NCBI GenBank assembly: GCA_030704615.1
Contig: CM060734.1
Span: 18,476,001-18,540,000, forward strand
DNA length: 64,000 nucleotides
Direction of reading: 5' to 3'
Source: Takakia lepidozioides
Lineage: Eukaryota > Plantae > Bryophyta
Shown: in pieces, positions 58,501 through 64,000 of the stretch
How the letters are laid out: every line of letters starts with the position of its first letter
Numbering within the stretch: the first letter of the stretch is position 1
The notes under the pieces: model-generated
The model's input: only the letters and a program-made list of their open reading frames with translations
Database searches by the model: none
What the model was told of the DNA's origin: nothing
Made by a program: the position numbers and the translations under genes

Positions 58501-61500
58501 AATTCCTGTAAGCCCTCAGGAACCGCCGTATACGTCGTCTCTCTCCTCCGGTGACAATGGGTCCAATGTCAGGCTCCCAATTGTCCTCCGTAACTGCAAC
58601 CTTAAGTCCAGTGGGCTTAGAGGTAGAGGACGCGTCCAGTGGTTGCTATGTTGCAACCTCTTGAGCAGTACTCCCTGCCTGCTCAGTCAATGACAAGGCC
58701 TCATCCTGCCCCATCATCTCATCCTGAGGACTCCTCAACCCGAGAAAAAATCCCCAACCTCATCCATCACAGCCGCCTTGGCTGCCAACTCCCTCTGAAC
58801 CTCGAGCACCTCCCACGTGTGCCATGGATGCATGCACCCGTGGTCCTCACATGCTCGCCCCCACTCACTGCCTGTACCGTCTCGGTAGGCAGAGAGACCA
58901 TTGAGGGAAGTGTACTCCGCACTCTGCGTTGCTCAGCCAGAGCCAAGCTGATAATCCAGGTCAAGCAATTGAGATCCATTGCTTGCCCCAACACTTGACG
59001 ACGTGATGCCTCAGAAAGAGACGACACCGCCGTGGTACCAGTGGTAAAACCCATTGCCCGCTCACGCTCGTCAGCATTAGGCTCCACTAACTGCTGCAAC
59101 TGAGCATCCCACAGGAGGCCAGGTCCACTATCCCGGAAAGCATGCGATCCTGGGAAGCTGAGCAGTGTAGGTAATGCTGCTCGTGGTTGACCCACCTTGT
59201 TGACCACTGCCAAAGGCGAACGGTCATCGTGTCTCACACGCTGAGACTGCCTCCCTGTGTCCAGAATGCTATCCACTGTGAGATGTGCTGGCCGCTGCAC
59301 CCATCAAATGCACGCTTGAGCAGTGCGGGTGGCATCAAGTTAGTCCACCATAGCCGTGGACGATGAGCCCGTGACCCCACTGTAGCTGCATCTAGCAACA
59401 CTGCTGACCCAAGCCACGACCGGACTTGATGCACACTGGCCATCACCCTGGCCCGAGAATCGCCCATCAGTGGCACATTCTCCAAGATGTATGCTGGAGA
59501 TACAGCTTGATGAAGCTGCAAGTGGCGCAAAACCCGCACCATCTCCCAAAACAGACCCGACCTCGAGTCTCGCAATCCATTGCCATGCCCGGCTGATGAA
59601 TGCCCTTGGCAGGGCCAACCTGCCACTACCAGATCAATGGAGCCAACCCGCTCCAAATCCTGCGCCCCAGCAACGAAATGTCTGCTGGCAAGGCCTGCTG
59701 ATATCCACGAATTGCAGACACCGACAACAACTCAGGGTACCGCTGCACCAACTGAGCAACATGGCGAAGTGAAACGCGTCGTGCAGTCTCATCCCTCTCC
59801 ACATACAGGTAACGCCGAACTCGTACACCTGCCTGTAACACAGCAGCCAATCCGGTGCTGATCCCGCCAAACAAGTCCAGAAGACAAATGCCTTCATCGG
59901 ATACTGCCACACAATAGGTGTGGTGTCCAATGGAGACAACTGAGGTGGTCCTGGTGCAATCCCCGCACTCTCCTCCTCTCCTGACGGTACAAAAGCCTCC
60001 ACCCAGGCTTGTTGCACCCGTCGATCAGCATCCCGCTGCAAATCCTTGCTCGTGCCCCACAATGGAGTCTGAGCAACCATGGTAGGCAACTCCGCCATAC
60101 CATACATGTCATCCTGCTCTCCCGGAGGTGGTACATCCTCTGAATGAGCGTTGCCCTCAAGCAACTCTCTAGGCCAACTCACTGCCGCTGTGAATGCTGC
60201 TAGTGTCGGCATCTTGCCTCGCTGGGCAACCGCAACTCCTCCTATGAACGTCACAGGGAGCTGCACACGCCGGCCCTCCCCTGACTGCCATGCAGGCCTA
60301 TAGGAAGCTGACTCCTCCCAAAAATCCAGGGTGAAGCCCATGGGGTACAACACTGCCCCACCAACCAGGACATCGTATGAGACCGCGTCTGTCACAATGG
60401 CCTTGGCTCGCATCACTGAGCCATCTGTAGGGTGATCCGGCCGTAGTCTGATAGCCAACTCACGCCGTGTCATGCCCCGAGCCTGCTCCGATCCTCCCAG
60501 AGACGTCTGTATCTGGAAAGGACAAGGCTCCATATCCGCCTCCGTGAGGCCCAAGCCTGCAATAGCAGCTCTGCCCAGCATCAATGGCTGAGCTCCCGAG
60601 TCCAACAAGACCCGCAGTGGCCGGTACCTCTTGCCTGCCGGTCCACTCAAACAGAAAATGCCATCCTGGTTGTCTAACATGACAACTCCAGGTGTCACCA
60701 TGGCGCGCTCAATGGCTGGCCTAGCTGGCAGCTCCATCAACCTGGCAGCTGCAGCTTGCCATGGCGCCGCCGTGGCAGTCTTGACCCTCAAATCCGAGGA
60801 TCCCTCCGGCACTACACCTCCCACTATCTCCGCAGAAGATGAAGTAACCTCCCCACTCTCACAGAGTGTAGCTGCCAGCCTGAACACCTCAGCTGGTCTT
60901 ACCCCCGGCGTCGCAATCATGGTAGCCGAGAACAATGGAGCCTGGCACACAGATGTGGCCGCTCCTAGCAGCACACTAGCTGCCGTAGCCTTGGCAACAC
61001 TAGGTAGTGGTGCTACCCGTGTAGCTCTCCCCAATGGCATAGTAACCTCCGCCTCGGTAACAGTCGGGCGAGAACTAGGTGCCATGGATGGCGTCGACAC
61101 TGTCTCCGCCAATGTGAATGACTGAGGAAGCCTAGCCTGACGGCTTGCCTCCCCACGCTGTGGATCCAACTCCACCTCTGCACCTCGTGGCTCAGGAACT
61201 CGTGCTGCTCCTCGAGTCACGGCTGCAGCAGACTCCACCTGCACTAGTGGTAGTGCTGCTCCACACATGAATCCCATGCCTCCCATATCTCCTCCCTCAG
61301 GAGCAGGAGGTGGACCATCCGGCCTTAGAGCCGGTACCACCTGAGCTGTAGCCATGGCAGCGAGCCTCTGCTCTAGCTGCTGAAGCCGGTTGGCCATGCC
61401 TTGGTCAACACCCTGACCTCCGCGTCCTTGGCCATGTTGAGCTTGCCCTTGGCCTGCACCTCGTGGCTGGCCACCTCGTCCTCTCTGGGCTGCTCCACCT

Positions 61501-62610
61501 CGCCCCGGCCACCATTGTTCCCTTGGAACTGGCCTGGGCGCAACTCAGGATGCAAACCATAACACTGGGCCTCTCCATGCCCGTGCTTGCCACAATGCCC
61601 ACACTGCAACTGTGCAGGCTGTGCATGTGCCGGCCCTTTGCCTCCCTCTGGGCAATCCTTCTTGACATGGGGTCCTCCACATGTCCAGCACACCACATCC
61701 GCCCGTTGTTGGCCAGCAAATGAAGGGAGAGACCCCTGCATCTGAGGTCCTCTCTGCCCTTCCCTGAGCTTCACCTGAGCCCCCTTGTTGCCTTGAGCAC
61801 GTTGAGGTAGTGGTTGGCTAGGAGCACCACTACCCCGGGTGTCTCCTTAGCAAATCCCACCATGACCACTCGTTCCTCCACCATGTTGAGCTCTATCCGC
61901 TCTGCCAGCAAAAACACATTTGCTAAGGTGGGTTGGGCCGCTTGTAGGAGAGTTGCATCCCGCACCCTTCTCCTCAGCTCCTTGTCCAATATCCCATACC
62001 AGAATTGGACTGCCTGAGCTTCCGTAACCCCTTGGGTTACATTTATCAAGCGCCTCATGCGAGTGAAAGCCTCCCTCAAGCTCTCGGTCGGCTTCCGTTG
62101 GAACTCTTGCAAGCTCCGCAACTTCTCTGTCCTCACCCCTTGGTAGTTCCCTCTCAACTCTTCGAAGAACTCCACAACAGGGTTGAAGGCAGGCACGGGT
62201 GCTAGTGCTGGTGCGGTAGTGGCTTGGGTGGACGTCGTAGCTACTGTACCACCAGTCCCACTGCTACTTGCTGAAGCTGCCGGTGCAGCGGCAGGTGTAG
62301 CCACTGCCCTCGTGGCTCTAGTGCCCCTAGTGATGGAGACATAGTCGGGTGACCAGTACATCCTCCACTCCTCGATCTCAACCTCATGCCCCCGCCTGAA
62401 CTCATGGTAATCATCCATAGGCGGCCCCTCAAGGTGCTGAAACAGCCCCTTCCATGCCATGAAAGGCGTAAATAGTTGTGGATTGCGCATTTGCTGCAAA
62501 TCACACCAACTATCAAACTCTTGGATAAAATCATCCAACTCGATGGTGCCCACCGCCCCAGAGTACCTTCGTGGCCCCTTGGTAGCTCCATACATCTCCT
62601 CCATTGTGTC
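55520..62610 (-). mobile_element. Ty3/Gypsy gag-pol: gag (two zinc knuckles) - PR - C5 DNA methyltransferase - RT - RNase H - integrase - PHD finger; 5' LTR outside the window
   Basis: CWTCGGPHVKKDC and CGHCGKHGHGEAQC; LLDSGAQ; DNMT motifs; RMCGDYRPVN, LPFGLKNAP, YIDD; HTDWS; HHCC plus SLDF, TDQG, DGLAER; PHD CMLC..VCDRC..WHMGCLTPPL..VPDGDWLCPHC then TAG at 55520. Confidence 0.93.
58930..59900 (-). CDS. DNMT3-like cytosine-5 methyltransferase domain inside Gypsy pol (two internal frameshifts)
   Basis: Motif I LDLFGGIS, II YVERD, IV DLVVAGWPCQGHS, SGLFW, VI ILENV, VIII AHRPRLWWTNL, IX ERERAMGF, X RRQVLGQAM, in canonical order. Confidence 0.9.
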
Positions 62611-63479
62611 CCACAACAATGGCAAAGAAACAACTTGCACCGCCGGTATGAGTCCTCCTGATTCACAATCCGAATCAGAACCTTCCGTAGAAGACACAGG
62701 AGGTGAAGGTGGCCTAAACCGCACCTCGTCTCGTGTACCCACTAGTATCGCTAGTGCTCGAACCGGCACTGTCCCCAGCAACTAGTGGCACCTCCGTGTT
62801 GACACTCAACCGGTCATGAACATGTCCCTAACCCCCTCTCCACAAGGTAACCGGGTAGAGAACCTGTTGCGGCTTATGGTTTGGAATACTAAGTTCCTAA
62901 CATAGCCTACACCTGTACCTGCATCCACCGCAAGCACTCCTATGGTTGGCTGGTCATCACCTCCAACCTCACCACAGGAGAAACAATGATGGTCTGGCTG
63001 GTCATCACCCAGCCTCACCATCGACAGCATGCTCTAGGACTGGCCGGTGATCAAATCCGGACCAATCACCTATAAAAACAAGCGCCCACACAAAACTAGC
63101 ATGGCGCACAGTCAAGCATGCAGGTATGGAGGGGATCCAAACACAAGAAATCAGAACGACAACTCCCCCACACCAAAAACAACTCCACGGTGTTGCTCCT
63201 GCAAGGACCCCAGCCCAAACCCGGACTGACTCTTGCCTCCACCTACGGAAAGGTCTTGGCCTAATGAGAGGGTGGAAACTACGAGGAAGAGAAGCTAAAG
63301 CAATGCCTAACCCCAGCATGCCCTCATCCCAACACTCTTCCTCTCCTCTCTTCCCTCACTTGCATGACCATGGGAATATCATGAAGATACTCCTCAAACC
63401 GCCCTCCACGAGCTTCAAAATTCGGCCTTCAAGACCACATGCCAGTCCTTAGGCAGTCCACCAGTGCCTCCACGAGTCA

Positions 63480-63925
63480 GCACAGGGCCGTCCACAGGTC
63501 AACACGGGCCACACAGACCAGCACAGGCCCACACAGCTCACTGGTCACAGCCGTCACACAAACAGGCCACAGCCTGTCACAGCCCTCACAGGCCACTGGG
63601 CACAGCCTGTCACAGCCCCTCACAGCCCCAGCCACTAGGCCAGCCTGTCACAGTCACAGCCCCACAGCCCACAGGGATCAGCCCCTCACAGCCCGTCACA
63701 GGCCAGCCGTCACAGCCCCTAACATCACAGCCCATTCACAGCCCCCAAGGCCACAGCCCGTCACAGTCACAGGCCCTCACAATCCGTCACAGCCCCCCAC
63801 ACCCGGCACAACACCGGTCACAGCCCCACAGGCCACCCACAGCCCTCACACACAGCCCCTCACAGCCCCAAAGGAGCAGGGTCACAGCCCGTCACATCAA
63901 GGCACACACAGCCCGTCACAGCCCC
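63480..63925. repeat. Degenerate CACAGCCC/GTCACAG minisatellite in the 5' region of the Gypsy element
   Basis: Dozens of cacagccc and gtcacag units; it generates the low-complexity ORF 63439-63972. Confidence 0.8.
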
Positions 63926-64000
63926 ATCCATGGCCGCTCTGGCAGTTTAGCCATTTTCTCCAAGGGGTTTAGCCACGCCAAGCTAGGGTTTGTGTCTCTT

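Noticed and set aside
58930-59900. Host DRM or DNMT3 gene
   Set aside because: Intronless, collinear with and embedded between retroelement protease and RT, with unpermuted motif order unlike DRM.
63439-63972. 177-aa His/Ser/Pro/Thr-rich ORF
   Set aside because: Product of the CACAGCCC minisatellite.
1-64000. tRNA or rRNA genes, Helitron or other HUH transposases
   Set aside because: No supporting structure or motif recognised by eye; tRNAscan-SE and HMM searches would be needed to exclude them.

Overview
Eukaryotic nuclear DNA from a land plant, most likely a non-seed plant. This is an inference from the PLS-class PPR fragments, a group-I-chromodomain chromovirus and the moss-like transposon families. 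The window opens with the last six exons of BRAHMA (SWI/SNF ATPase, 149-3758). The rest is a nested transposon landscape: an RLE-type non-LTR fragment, hAT MITEs (one nested in another), a truncated BTB/POZ gene, Ty3/Gypsy chromovirus copies, LINE and PPR fragments, a CACTA transposase beside a SET-domain ORF, and a Mutator-like (MULE) transposase with GCM-like and SWIM zinc domains. The main theme is transposons carrying chromatin or DNA writers. (1) From about 26.2 to 54.6 kb a MULE-associated system recurs: three intron-containing beta-class N4C/N6A-type DNA methyltransferase genes, three ParB/Sulfiredoxin-domain genes, related element ends, and arrays of TGCG-N4-CGCA palindromes, one array phased at 53 bp. 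(2) At 54.6-64 kb a Ty3/Gypsy element carries a DNMT3-like C5 methyltransferase between protease and RT and a PHD finger after integrase. Nearly all TE genes are frameshifted, stopped or rearranged, and some junctions or indels could be assembly artefacts. All domain calls are by-eye motif recognition, not database searches.
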